64,000 nucleotides of DNA from Octopus vulgaris (taxonomy: Eukaryota): the NCBI GenBank assembly GCA_951406725.2, contig OX597832.1, forward strand, positions 55,118,001 to 55,182,000, read 5' to 3'. The position numbers and the translations under genes are program-made. Position 1 is the stretch's first letter. Each line of letters opens with the position of its first letter. Positions 39,699-53,297 of the stretch are shown here, in pieces. Below the pieces are notes generated by a model. The model was given only the letters and a program-made list of their open reading frames with translations, was not told the DNA's origin and made no database searches.

Positions 39699-40604
39699 TA
39701 TATATATATATATATATCATGACCCGACTTTTCGTCCAACGTCACTTCGATTCCTACGCGTTTTACTACACTTTGACAATTTTTGATATCTTAGCATTGG
39801 AAGGAGCTGGAGATACGATAGTTTAACCAAAAAAACGCAAAAATAAAAATTGAAAAAAAAACGCATTTTGCCAAATTTGGTATACAGTTTAACATAATAG
39901 CAACGATATATATAATCTTTGGGTATGTGTCTTTGTATCGGTGTTTGACCTCTCCACGCACACTCACGCGCTTCCACCATCACCGCCTGCTCTTGACATC
40001 CGGTGTTGGTGTTTTTATGTCCCTATAACTTAGCGATTCAGCAATAGTAACCGATAGAATAAGTACCAGGCTTTAAAAAAAAAAAAAGGTACTGAGCTCA
40101 AATCATTCGACTAAAAACTCTTCAAGGCGGTACCCCAGCATGGCCGCAGTCAAATGACTGGAACAAATAAAACATAAAAGATACATTCCACGTAAAATCA
40201 TCCAAGTGAGAAACGAACCGACCGCAACGGAAAAGCAGCAACAGCAGCCGTGGTGGCAGTAGTAGTAGTAGTAGTAGCAGCAGCAGTAGTAGTAGGAGGA
40301 GGAGGAGGAAGTGGAGTCTCATTCAGTCAGCTAAATTGCCTTCGGTTTTATGAACAAATCTAATCTTAGATTCCATATTTAAACCGGCAGCCAATGTGAC
40401 AGAAATTTATGGAAATCGGCAGCACAAACTTCAGAGACTTTGGAATTCAATTATCGCTATTTTAGAAACTGTGTGTGTGTGTGGATCGGGGTAGGGTGGG
40501 GTGGGGTGAAGTAAGGGAGGCGGAGAAGTGTAATGGTGTTTCTGGTATGAAGCTTTCCCATTACGGTATTACTAGCTGAAGTTGGTAGGTAAGCGTGTGT
40601 AACC

Positions 40605-40619
40605 ATATATATATATGTA

Positions 40620-40704
<85 letters not shown>

Positions 40705-40717
40705 ATATATGTGTGTG

Positions 40718-40782
<65 letters not shown>

Positions 40783-40801
40783 GTGTGTATGTATATATAT
40801 A

Positions 40802-40832
<31 letters not shown>

Positions 40833-40937
40833 GTATGTGTGTGCATATATATATAAGTGTGTGTGATATATATATATAAATTGTTATATATATATATATA
40901 TATATATATAAATGTGTATTGTGATATATATATATTA

Positions 40938-40968
<31 letters not shown>

Positions 40969-41077
40969 ATGTGTATATATATACATATAAATGTGTATAT
41001 ATATGTGTGTGTATATATATATAAATGTGTGTATATATATATAAATGTGTATATATATATATAAATTTGTATATATA

Positions 41078-41115
<38 letters not shown>
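40605..41115. repeat. Compound (TA)n/(TG)n microsatellite
   Basis: Visible simple repeat. Confidence 0.95.
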
Positions 41116-41116
<1 letters not shown>

Positions 41117-41584
41117 TGGTCACTTTCCTTGTTATTTCCTGGACTGGCAGCCGTTTTTAGATTCAGTTCTTCGCTCTGATTCCGCTGTGAAGGTTCAATG
41201 CGTTTGTTATTATTACAATGGAGAAAGAAGCCCTGGAAAAGGTCAGCCTCGCACTTAATTAGACGTGCTGACCTTTACTTCACCCTTCTTCTCAAATGTG
41301 AGGTTGCACTTTTCGCAATTTCACTCGGACACGCTGTGTGTGATAAACCTATTCGAAATGAAATTGAAGTTTTATATAAATGGAATCTCGTCTAAAATGG
41401 CTTCCACTTCTGATATATCTCATTTATGAATGGCGGCAGAGTCTAAGTGTCAGACTTTTACTGAAATATTATTATTGTAAAGTCTGAATCAGCGAAAGCA
41501 TTTTAGCTATAAGATTATAAAATATTTAGAAATCTTTATAAAACAGTTTAAAAGGTGGAACACGAAGTAGATAAACTTGTAAAC

Positions 41585-41844
41585 CAGGGCTGTGGGAGTC
41601 GGAATCGGGAATAGTTAAGGGGTAACTGGAGTCGGAGTCAGTATAGTTTTTACCGACTCCGACTCTCAATATCTTTATTCTTTCAGATAAACCAGTTATA
41701 ACATAAAGACCTATTCAAAGTACAAGCGTATGCATATGCTTTATGAGATATGTAGACCAGAACCACTTAATTACATAAAAGGGAGTCGGAGTCAATAGCA
41801 GAAGAGTCGCGGTCAAAATTTTTTGTTTTGACTCCACAGCCCTG
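41585..41844. mobile_element. hAT-type MITE with GGAGTC subrepeats
   Basis: TIRs CAGGGCTGTGG(G)AGTC / GACTCCACAGCCCTG. Degenerate 8-bp TSD TTGTAAAC/CTATAAAC. Internal GGAGTCGGAGTC and CCGACTCCGACTC. Confidence 0.7.
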
Positions 41845-41992
41845 CTATAAACTGGGGATATTCCTTGGGGGGTCCATATGTTCCTTGTGGTGGGGCATAT
41901 AAGACTTGGTTGCTACAGTTTATGTGTAATAATTTGCTTATATTTCAACACTGTACAAAATCTTTACAATTTTTTAAAATATAATTCCTAAT

Positions 41993-43324
41993 GGAAGGAG
42001 TGGCTGTGTGGTTAGTAGCTTGCTTACCAACCACATGGTCCTGGGTTCAGTCCCACTGCGTGGCACCTTAGGCAAGTGTCTTCTACACTGGGGCCGACCA
42101 AACCCTTGTGAGTGGATTTGTGGATTTGGTACACAGAAACTGAAAGAAGCCCGTCGTATATATGTATATATATATATGTCTGTCCCCTCAACATCGCTTG
42201 ACAACCGATGCTGGTGTGTTTACGTCCCCGTTACTTAGCAGTTCGGCAAAAGGAAGGGGGTCGACCTGATGCCATAGAAAATAACATTTACCAAGGCACA
42301 ACGCAGTGGAATCGAACGCCCGACCTCCTGGCTATGAAGCGAAGTTGTTAACCATTCCGCCATATGCGCCTACCTTCACGCTATAGTAGTTTATAGCTTA
42401 ATCCACATTTAATCATGTTACGAAGGTAGTTAGTGGGATTAAGATACGGGTTAAATAGAGAAACTAGATTATCACATTTCCAGTCTTTCTTTGCTCCGTT
42501 ATATTTGGTCACGTGCTTTGTCTATTTAGTCACATGACACCTTATAAACATAACTGCGGTTTCAGCCACGTCGATCTCCGGATAATCATCTATAGTAATC
42601 CTGCACGAAATATATGACGCAGTCCATAGTTGATGTGTAAGCAGATTTAGTCTAGTTGTTGTGAATATTTTGAGTTAAAAATACCGGCTGAATGAAATCC
42701 AGTGACGCACGTGTGGATTTGTAAGCCGCCAACCAGTCGTCGCAGTTTCGATTCTCTACTAAGTTCACCCTCCACGTTTCTCTTTCGCTTTCTCTCTTTT
42801 CTCTTTTACTTGTTTCAGTCATTTGACCGCGGCCATGCTGGAGCACCGCCTTTAGTCGAGCAAATCGACCCCATGACTTAATCTTTGTAAGCCTAGTACT
42901 TATTCTATCGGTCCCCTTTTGCCGAACCGTTAAGTTACGGTGACGTAACACACCAGCATCGGTTGTTAAGCGATGTTGGGGGGGGGGCAATCACAGACAC
43001 ATACACACATACATACATATATATACACACACATATACATACATACGACGGGCTTCTTTCAGTTTCCGCCTACCAAACCCACTCAAAGGATTTAGTCGGC
43101 CCGAGGCTATAGTAGAAGACACTTGCCCAAGGTGCCACGCAGCCACTCCAGCATGTTATCTATGTTTGTTCCAGAACATCAGTTTAAACTTTTCGTACAA
43201 AGCCAGTAATTTCGAGGAAGGGAGTCAGTCGATTACATTGACCCCAGAACACAACTGGTACTAATTTTATTGATTCTGATTCTGAATGGATTGAACGATA
43301 AAGTCGATCTCGGCGGGAAATAAA

Positions 43325-43387
<63 letters not shown>

Positions 43388-43750
43388 TTTAACTTGTTTC
43401 AGTCATTTGACTGCGGCCATGATGGAGCACCGCCTTTATTCGAACAAATAGACCCAAGGACTTATTCTTTGTAAGCCTACTACTTATTCTATCGGTATCT
43501 CTTGCCGAACCGCTATGTGAAGCGATGATGGGGTTGACACATACACACATATGTATATATGCATATGTATATATATATATATATACAACGAGCTTCTTTC
43601 AGTTTCCATCTACCAAATCCACTAACAAGGCTTTGGTCGGCGAGAGGCTATAGTAGAAGGCACCTGCCCAAGGTGCCACGCAGTGGGACTGAACCCGGAA
43701 CCATGTCGTTGGAAAACAAACTTCTTACCACACAGCCATTCTTGCGCCTA
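41993..43750. mobile_element. Three family A SINEs: 41993-42250 (+), 42795-43150 (-), 43385-43750 (-)
   Basis: Family A motifs. Confidence 0.8.
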
Positions 43751-43757
43751 TATATGG

Positions 43758-43799
<42 letters not shown>

Positions 43800-43874
43800 T
43801 CGTCTGCTACCGAAATATGTTATTTCTCTTAAATTAAAAGATTAGGAATTGCGATATTAATTTGAGGGAGATTA

Positions 43875-44260
43875 GTAGTAGAGCACTCCGTCGGTTACGA
43901 CGACGAGTGTTCCGGTTGATCCGAATCAATGGAACAGCCTGCTCGTGAAATTAACGTGTAAGTGGCTGAGCACTCCACAGACACGTGCACCCTTAACGTA
44001 GTTCTCGGGGATATTCAGCGTGACACAGAGTGACAAGGCCGGCCCCTTGAAATACAGGTACAACAGAAACAGGAAGTAAGAGTGAGAGAAAGTTGTGGTG
44101 AAAGAGTACAGCAGGGATCACCACCATCTCCTGCCGGAGCCTCGTGGAGCTTTAGGTGTTTTCGCTCAATAAACACTCACAACGCCCGGTCTGGGAATTG
44201 AAACCGCGATCCTATGACCAGGAGTCCGCTGCCCTAACCACTGGGCCATTGCGCCTCCAC
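43875..44260 (-). mobile_element. tRNA-SINE family C (octopus OR1-like), full length 386 bp, 12-bp TSD
   Basis: TSD TGAGGGAGATTA at 43863-43874 and 44261-44272. A box TGGCCCAGTGG, B-box-like GGTTTCAATTCCC, short (CTA)n tail. Confidence 0.9.
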
Positions 44261-44689
44261 TGAGGGAGATTAAGGTTGCTATATCTAGCAGGTCTGACGG
44301 ACTATGGTAGACGCTCTTTCGCTGGTTCCTCTCTTAGCGTGTATAATCTGCTCTCTTCTGCCGGTCTGACGATGTCGCTATTATGTTTCAACGTTGGCTG
44401 ATTCTCTGCCTAACGACTCTCCGGTGTCTCAGTTCTTTTTCACACTTCGCTGACGCAGTCTTCGGGCCGTCATGCATGAACAAATCGATATTCATAGGAA
44501 GAATAGAAATATCGCGAAAATGTAAGGAAGCAACAATTTCCTCGTTTTCTTTTTTTTCCCTATTTCCCCCCCCCCCCCCGTTTCTTTTCTCTCTCTCTCT
44601 CTTTTGGTTCTGTTGGGTTAAAATGTCTGCCTGTCTGTCAGTCTTCTATTGTATATACTTGTATGTATGTTTGGTGTGTGTCTATGTAC

Positions 44690-44826
44690 GTGTCTAAGTG
44701 CGTATCTAAGTATGTATATATGTGTGTATCTTTGTGCGTGTCTAAGTATGTATATATGTGTGTATGTCCGTGTCTAAGTATGTATATATGTATGTTTTTA
44801 TGTGTGTATCTATGTGCGTGTCTAAG

Positions 44827-44881
<55 letters not shown>

Positions 44882-44884
44882 ATC

Positions 44885-44917
<33 letters not shown>

Positions 44918-45185
44918 GCGTGTCTATGTATATATGTATGTATCTATGTGCGCGTCTAAGTATGTATATATATATATATATATATATAATGTGTGTGTAT
45001 CTATGTGCGTGTCTAAGTATATATATATATGTATGTATATATGTGTGTATCTATGTGCGCGTCTAAGTATGTATATATATATATATATAATGTGTGTGTA
45101 TCTATGTGCGTGTCTAAGTATATATATATGTATGTATATATGTGTGTATCTATGTGCGTGTCTAAGTATGTATATATATATATGT
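44690..45185. repeat. Minisatellite built from microsatellites: TGTGTATCTATGTGCG(T/C)GTCTAAGTAT + variable (TA)n
   Basis: TCTAAGTAT anchor recurs about 9 times. Confidence 0.85.
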
Positions 45186-46125
45186 ATGTACGTATGTATG
45201 TGTGTGTATACATACAAATATGTCTGCTTGCATCTGTGTAAATACATGTATGGATGTATATATGTGCGCGTGCATGTGTATTTGTGACTTGTGACTGAAT
45301 TTGATAGATAAAAACTGTGAGGAAGCAGACCATATATGTGTGTGTATGTATGTAATTGCCTATTCAAATTCCCAAACTGTTTGAATATGCAATCATTCGC
45401 AAAACATCGAAGTCGTTGCCAACAGTATATAATAATAATAATAATAATATAAATAATGTATAAATATATACATGCATATATGGGTACAGGACATATATAT
45501 ATATATATAAAATATGAACTATCTAATGTCTGTCTGTCTATATATATATATATCTTTCCATTTTGTTTACGCCTGTGTATGTCGATGTGCGTGTGTGAAA
45601 CTATATCGGCGTGTGTATATGTGTGCATGCATGCGTGCATGTGTGAGTGTGTGTGTGTGTGTGTGTCTGTCCGTGTGTCTGCTTGTCCGTTGGCGCGCAC
45701 ACGAGACTTGCGTTACAGCAGCAAGCATGGAAGAAGAAGAAGACACTTCATCGAAGAAGAAGAAGAGGACGTTTCCAAACAATCGCCGCCTTGACAATAA
45801 TAATAATAACGTAAGAGCTGTGTGTGTGTTTCCTGGAGAGCAATTTAACGCTTGGCCAATCTGATATCAGCCTATCGGTGTTGTTTCTAACGGTTATATC
45901 AGCGTCCGTAATGTGCGCTCGTCTCGTTCGTCTCCACACCAGATGTCATTACCATCTCCATCCTTGGAGGATTAAACGGTGCCAGCTGACTAAATTGGCT
46001 AATAGACGAAATTCGCTCGTCGACATAACTTACGTACTTTTGGCTACTGTTTTTCTTTCTCTTTTTCATTTTTCTTTTTGTTTTGTTTTTTTGTTTCTCA
46101 TCGTAATCATCATCAACAGAAGCAA

Positions 46126-46173
46126 CATTATTATTATTATTATCATTATTATTATTATTATTACTACTACTAC

Positions 46174-46212
<39 letters not shown>

Positions 46213-46405
46213 TACTATTATTATTATTATTATCATTATTATTATTATTATTATCATTATTATTATTATTATTATTATCATTATTATTATTATTATCATT
46301 ATTATTATTATTATTATTATCATTATTATTATTATTATCATTATCATTATTATTATTATTAATATTATTATCATTATTATTATTATTATCATTATCATTA
46401 TTATT

Positions 46406-46440
<35 letters not shown>

Positions 46441-46465
46441 CATTATTATTATTATTATTATTAAT
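46126..46465. repeat. ~340-bp (ATT)n/(ATC) trinucleotide tract
   Basis: Visible; source of the poly-I and poly-Y ORFs. Confidence 0.95.
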
Positions 46466-46467
46466 TA

Positions 46468-46790
46468 AGGCGGCGAGCTGGCAGAAACGTTAAGCACGCC
46501 GGGCGAAATGCGTAGCCGTATTTCGTCTGCCGTTACGTTCTTGTGTTCAAATTCCGCCGAGGTCGACTTTGCCTTTCATCCTTTCGGGGTCGATAAATTA
46601 AGTACCAGTTACGCACTGGAGTCGATGTAATCGACTTGATCCGTTTGTCTGTCCTTGTTTGTCCCCTCTGTGTTTAGCCCCTTGTGGGTAGTAAAGAAAT
46701 AGGTATTTCGTCTGTCGTTACGTTCTGAGTTCAAATTCCGCCGAGGTCGACTTTGCCGTTCACCCTTTCGGGGTCGATTAAATAAGTACC
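46468..46790 (+). mobile_element. SINE family B, partial dimer
   Basis: Restarts at GTATTTCGTCTG after AAAGAAATAG (about 46703). Confidence 0.85.
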
Positions 46791-46918
46791 TTTCTGTCGA
46801 AGAGCATAGGCTCGAAACGTAAAAGACTTTCTCACTTCCCGAGCGTTAAACTAATACATCTGTTTGTTGTTTACACTCCCGTCTTCCTTTTTTTTTTTTT
46901 TTTGTATATTCTCACTAT
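46790..46918 (+). mobile_element. Family H1 element starting at its hammerhead motif
   Basis: CTTT-CTGTCGA-A-GAGC atag GCTC-GAAAC-GTA-AAAG, then the H1 3' region. Confidence 0.65.
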
Positions 46919-47650
46919 ATATATGTGTGTGTGTGTCCTGCCATTACTTGACAACCGATGTTGGTGTGTTTATGTTCCCGTAACGTAGCGGTTCGATAAA
47001 AGAAACTGGTAGAATAAGTCCTGGGGTCGATTTCTTCGACTAAAACCTTTTGAAGCTGTCTTCCAGCATCACCGCAGTCAAATGACTGAAACAAGTAAAA
47101 GAATGTGTGTGTGTGTGTGTGTGTGTGTGATGCGAAGCGATGCGATGTGAGTGCGTATCTGTGTTTATCCTACACCACTCAACAACCCTGCTTGTTTTGT
47201 TTATATCCTTGCAAATTTGCGGTTCGACAACAAGTGATCGATGGAGTAAGTATCGAACTCTCGTCTCTTGTAGAAATCGCCCAAATGTGTGTATGAATTA
47301 GATGGACATGGCCCAACATCCTTGTTTCTTTTAGTTTTTTTCTTTTTCTTTCTCAAGTCTGCATATGCTAAAAAACTTCGTAAGAGCTCACTCCAGTCGC
47401 CATGTTGCTTATCAAAGACACAATGACGTCATAAGTACTACATCTAGAACCGGACATACTACAAAGGCAACGTCATTGTCGTGTCTTCTGAGGGCGTGTG
47501 CTTCAGGAAATATGAGCGCAGCGGTGCGCGCGCGAGCGTGTGTGTGCGTGGAGAGAGAGGGAGGGAAAGAGACAGAGAGAGACATAATTGCACACAACGA
47601 AAATTGCATGTGTAACTGCGTTTGTATGTATGTATGTGTGTGTGTATGTA

Positions 47651-47690
<40 letters not shown>

Positions 47691-47901
47691 TTATTTATAT
47701 ATTATATATATATAGATAGATAGATTATTTATATATTATATATAAATATATATATTATATATATATATGCGTGTGTTTATATATGCGTGTATATATGTGT
47801 ATATGTATATATATGTGTATATATATGTGTGTGTGTGTATATGTATGTGTGTATATATATGTGTATACATATATGTGTATGTGTGTGTATATGTATATGT
47901 G

Positions 47902-47932
<31 letters not shown>

Positions 47933-47940
47933 ACATACAC

Positions 47941-48100
47941 ACTAGCCTACGGGGGATGGGGCTGTAGCGGTGGTCCGCCCCGGGCGACACTTTTTAAGGG
48001 GCGGTACTTTTGGGTCTGCTGTAAGCAGTGTGTGTTTTTGTGGTGTCCCTGGGTGGCATACAGAATGGCCACCCTGTGCAGCACACACTCTAGCTACGTT
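47941..48100. mobile_element. Degenerate GC-rich MITE remnant (hAT-like)
   Basis: CCGCCCCGGGCGACAC ... CTAGCTACG pattern in an AT-rich context. TIRs eroded. Confidence 0.3.
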
Positions 48101-48118
48101 TGAGCACACACATATCTT

Positions 48119-48169
<51 letters not shown>

Positions 48170-48174
48170 GTCTA

Positions 48175-48208
<34 letters not shown>

Positions 48209-48304
48209 CATCTATAAGTACTGGTGTCGATTTTGTTCGTCTAAACCCTTCAAGGTGCCCCAGCATGGCCGCAGTTCAATGACTGAAGCATGTGAAAAAC
48301 AAAA

Positions 48305-48708
48305 GGCGCAGGAGTGGCTGTGTGGTAAGTAGCTTGTTTACCAACCTCATGGTTCCGGATTCAGTCCCTCTGCGTGGCACCTTGGGCAAGTGTCTTCTAC
48401 TATAGCCTCGGGCCGACCAAAGCCTTGTGAGTGGATTTGGTAGAAGGAAACTGAAAGAAGCCCGTCGTATATATGTATATATATATATATGCGTGTGTGT
48501 GTTTGTGTGTCTGTGTTTGTCCCCCTAGCATTGCTTGACAACCGATGCTGGTGTGTTTATGTCCCCGTAACTTAGCGGTTCGGCAAAAGAGACCGATAGA
48601 ATGAGTACTAGGTTTACAAAAGAATAAGTCCCGGGGGTCGAGTTACTCGATTAAAGGCGGTGCTCCAGCATGGCCGCAGTCAAATGACTGAAACGAGTAA
48701 AAGAGTAT
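48305..48708 (+). mobile_element. SINE family A, full length
   Basis: GGCGCAGGAGTGGCTGTGTGG...GAGTAAAAGAG. Confidence 0.9.
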
Positions 48709-50714
48709 AAGGGTATATGTATGTGTTTGTATGTACTGTGCGTGTTTTCTCTGTAACATTCATTCGATAGAAAACGAAAGAAAAAAGCGGGGGAGAAGGA
48801 AAGAATGAAGAAAAGACAGCGTTTGTGACGAAATGAGTTGAGATGTTTTTTTTTTTTGTTTTTTATGCCACACGATTTATTTAGAAATGTTGACAGGAAA
48901 AATGACGTCAGAAAAGCGGGAAGGGAATCTCTCTTTCTCCCCTTCGTCGTTCATTTTATGCCCGTCTTTTACACACAGTCTGTGCTCATACGTAAGTTGA
49001 ATATTGATAAGGTTTATAAAAATCTTTGAAATTTCTGTTGAAGTGTCGATCCCCATTGTCAAGTTGATTTACTCCAAGAAAGAGAGAGAGCGAGAGAGTG
49101 ACTGTTATTATGTTTCGGTCTTTTGTTTTTAAAGCAAAAACGTCGCTTGCTGGTTGTCTGACTTACATAATAACAAAAACAACAACAATGACAAAAACAG
49201 CGTGTAATCTTTTAATACGGAGATATTTTATCCTTGACATTTTCTTCTCTCCCCTTACACACCGTGTTTCTTACAGACTTCGTCAGATTTCGCTTCCGAC
49301 GTTTCGTCTCTTGTTCTTCTTCTTCCTGTCATTCTTATTTGTGGCTTTTGTTTGTTTTTTGGGGTTTTTTTGTTGTTAATTTTGTTTTCGTTTCTCGCTA
49401 AGAGAAGATCCGTCTCCGCCGTATCAAAATAGTTACGATACTTAACAATGCCGAACTAATCATGCAAGACAAGGTGACAATACTCTCATTCGCATTTCCC
49501 CCTAACAGCTGCAGCAGTAGTCTGATTTGTTGCCTGTCATAATTAAGACTTGACTTGACATAACATGGATAAGTCAACCGTTTACAACAACAACAACAAC
49601 AATAACGATAGCAATTATATATAGGTACGTTGATAATTACTTTTCTCCTTGATGTTTCTTAATAACCGGCGACGATTGAGTTGGAACAAATCATTTATTT
49701 CTAACGTCGGTCTTAAAACGTCTTCGCCAATATTGAAAACAGTTCGAAGTACTTCGAACATAGGTGATCTTTTTTTGTTGTTGTTTTTTCTGGGTTTTTT
49801 TTTTTTGTTTATTTTTTTTCTTGATTGCTTTGTTGTTGTTTGTGGTGCTTTGGTTAAAAAGTATGTCTGTAAATGGCGACTCGTTCGCAATGAACATTTC
49901 TTTTTGATCTCGTCATGAAAGTTCTCGTTAAAAAAAGAAGACAGAAAATATGAAAACAACAAAAAAAAAAAATCAATGCAAAAAATCACACACACTAAAC
50001 AATGTATTTTTCATTAAACATGGCGTTACCATTTATACAGATTTCTAAACACGGCGTCTGACGTCAAGTAAACGGCACCATTTCTATGATGAAACAGACT
50101 AATCATGATCTGGCTTCATATGTAAGGAGAAATAATGTATCACTGTTAAATATAATATGGAATGAAGGAGTGCATTATATAGTGCGTGTGCTTAATGATT
50201 CGCAAATATGACTCTTCCAAAATACAATATTTTTTTAATGAATTATTTCCGAAAACCTCTTTATCGAATATATTAAGCACTTGAAGTGTGTATGTGTGTG
50301 TGTGTGTGTGTGTGTTCCCTTATTGGTTTCAGTCATTGACTACGACCGCCTGAAAATATTTTTTCGAACATATCACCACCTGTATGCTCTTTAAATTTGG
50401 CTCTTATTTATTAAACTCTTCTTTTCGAACCGTACCGTGAAGTTTCAATAGACAAAGAAATACAATATAGGAAAACCAATCTTTGAGGCTGGTGCAAACA
50501 TTCAAATATACGCCAAGGCATATGCATATGCACACACACACACACACACACACACACTCTCCATCTCTCTCACTCACACGCACACACACATACACAATAC
50601 ATATGGAAAAAAGTGGAAAGAGTACAGTGAAATTGACCTGAGGAGCGGAATATCTAACGTTTCGGATTTAATCCTTTGTCAGGTTGCAGCCAGTTTTTCA
50701 AGCTAAGAGGATAC

Positions 50715-51155
50715 TCTCTCTTTTACTCTTTTACTTGTTTCCGTCATTTGACTGTGGCCATGCTGGAGCACCGCCATTAGTCGAGCAAATCGGCCCCATG
50801 ACTTATTCTTTGTAAGCCTAGTACTTATTCTATCGATCTCTTTTGCCGAACCGCTAAATTACGAGGACGTAAACACACCAGCGTCAGTTATCAAGCGATG
50901 TTGAGGGTACAAATAAGGCGGTGAGCTGGCAGAAACATTAGCACGCCGGGCGAAATGCGTAGCCGTATTTCGTCTGCCGTTGCGTTCTGAGTTCAAATTC
51001 CACCCAGGTCGACCTTTCGGGGTCAATAAATTAAGTACCAGTTACGCACTGGGGTCGATATAATCGACTTAATCCGTTTGTCTGTCCTTGTTTGTCCCCT
51101 CTTTGTTTAGTCCCTTGTGGGTAGTAAAGAAATAGGTACAAACAGACACACACAC

Positions 51156-51191
<36 letters not shown>

Positions 51192-51357
51192 TCAACGGGC
51201 TTCTTTCAGTCTCCGTCTACCAAATCCACTCACTAGGCTTTGGTCGGCCCGAGGCTATAGTAGAAGACACTTGCCCAAGGTGCCGCGCAGTGGGACTGAA
51301 CGCGGAACCATGTAGTTCGTAAGCAAGCTACTTACCACACAGCCACTCCTGCGCCTA
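50715..51357 (-). mobile_element. SINE family A with nested family B SINE (50914-51134, +)
   Basis: Insert flanked by GGTACAAA at 50906-50913 and 51135-51142. Confidence 0.88.
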
Positions 51358-51483
51358 TATGTTTATTTGCTTTTAACATGTTCCAGGAAAGTTTTCAATT
51401 GTATGTGTAGACAACAAACTCATATCAGTGACGCCAACGAGTTCTCAGTCGCCGGCGTTTCGATATAATTTTGCCTCTTTCAG

Positions 51484-51526
51484 AGAGAGAGAGTCACCAT
51501 CGCCGCCAGAAACTCTGAAGAAAACG
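51484..51526 (+). other. Candidate 43-nt exon (unassigned)
   Basis: Acceptor TTTTGCCTCTTTCAG| and donor CG|GTAAGA. No homology recognised. Confidence 0.2.
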
Positions 51527-53053
51527 GTAAGATGTGTAAAATATCAGTAGCTTATGAGATAAATTGGAACCAATTCTACCGAGAATTGAAACAGCATCTC
51601 AAAGTTGATGAGCATACCTCTTACATTACGGCAGTTGGCGCAGTATATCGAACAATAGAAAAATGGTGTGCGTATAAATAATCCTTGACCGGTACGAAGG
51701 TCAAGAATTTACGAATGGTTTCTCAGTAATCAATAGTGTCTGTTATTGGTGTATAACGTACTGGGAATCCTAACCAGGTCAGACCTTGTTCTATAGAAGA
51801 TCAAAAGACTATCTAAGCTGGTTTCAAGTCTGACGTCAATATACAGTGAATTCTCAAGAGAAAGCTTGAAGCATTTACAATTATATTGAAAATTAGCTTT
51901 AAATTCGATATATTTGTATTTCGTTAAGGAAACTAGACTCATCATGAATGGCTGACAGTTACAGTTTATTATGCATGAGTGATCGTGACCTCGCCACCGC
52001 ACGCACATATATCCTTTGATATATCTGTTACACACGAATGTATATATATATATATATATATATGTAATTCTGATAAGCATGACTTGAATTTCGACAAGAG
52101 AAGATATTTTGTTATGGTAGGCTGTAATTGAAATAATTAATTGCCTATTCCTGTGTTGTGAGTGTTCGTACCAACAACTTTATCGTTGCTTGTCGAAGCT
52201 GGGTATTACAGTTAATTGACACCGTATCGATCCAATTAAAGGAGAGAATAGAACGACGAAAAAGAAGAAAAAAAAGAAATCTCCGATTGAAATTAATGGG
52301 TTAAAAAATGACATCTGATATTAATAGCAATTGAATTTTTGTGGTTTGTTCACCTTTTATTTTATTTTATTATTTTTTTTTTTTTTTTGGTATTTTCATC
52401 ATCATCATCATTATCATTATAATTATTATTGATCTATAATTATAATTTGTTATTGGCGAATAGGTAGGGTGATGGACAACAAAATGGTGGACGTGGTCGA
52501 GTTTTTTTATTTACCTCTTGTTACGCTTTCCGTTCGCCTCTCGACGAACGTCTCTTTTGCTTTTCATCTCTGCGAAACCAATTAACGAATTAAATACCTG
52601 TCGGACACCAGAGTCACGTGGGTGGGTGAACTTGTGGGTGCCAGTATGAGCAATTATCATTGTTTGTTTGGATAAGAATCTCAGTTTGCTGCTACCCTTG
52701 GCTTCAGTTTCGATCCCACTACGCGGCACTTTGAGCAAGGGTTTTTCTACTATAGTCCGGAGACAACCGATGTCTTGTGAGCGAATTTGGTAGACGGAAA
52801 CTGAAAGAAGCCCGTCGTATAATTGTGTGTGTGTGTTTCTGTTTGTCCCCCACCACCTTTTGACAATCGGCGTTGGTTTGGTTGCGTCTCCGTAATTTAT
52901 CAGTTCGGCAAAATAAGTACGATCTGTTCGATTAAACCTTCAATGTTGTGCCCCAGCATGGCCGCAGTCTGGTTACTGAAACAAATAAAAGTCAGACCCT
53001 CCAAGATCTAGCAAGCCTATGATCACAAGAAATACCTCCCGTGACCCTCCATG

Positions 53054-53297
53054 TGGCGTAGTGGTTAAGAGCGCGGGCCACTAACCCCAAGATTCCGAGT
53101 TCGATTTCAAGCAATGACCTGAACAATAATAATAATAATAATAATAATAACATCGAAAAATACCTTAGGAATGAGAACCCAGGTTCGAAATCTCCACAAG
53201 ACACCTGAAGAAGGCTGGAGGGTATATCAGCCGAAATGTGTTAACAACAAACAAGATGAGGGCAAATATCCGTCGAATGTAAATAATGTACAACGTA
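53054..53297 (+). mobile_element. tRNA-headed SINE with internal (AAT)n and a hammerhead-like 3' module
   Basis: A box TGGCGTAGTGG 53054-53064, B box GAGTTCGATTTC 53097-53108, then ACAC-CTGAAGA-A-GGCTG...CAGCC-GAAA-T-GTGT at 53201-53241. Candidate TSD TCCATGT at 53048-53054 and 53298-53304. Confidence 0.7.

Noticed and set aside
43875-44260. tRNA genes in SINE heads (also 53054-53120)
   Set aside because: A and B boxes are present, but they are embedded in SINE bodies with TSDs and have imperfect cloverleaves.
45718-45810. Possible exon MEEEEDTSSKKKKRTFPNNRRLDNNNNN followed by GTAAGA
   Set aside because: Composed largely of GAA/AAT triplet repeats, with no recognisable homology or partner exons.
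45824-46468. 214-aa poly-Ile ORF
   Set aside because: Translation of an (ATT)n tract.
49615-49995. 126-aa minus-strand ORF
   Set aside because: Low-complexity A/T runs and no recognisable domain.
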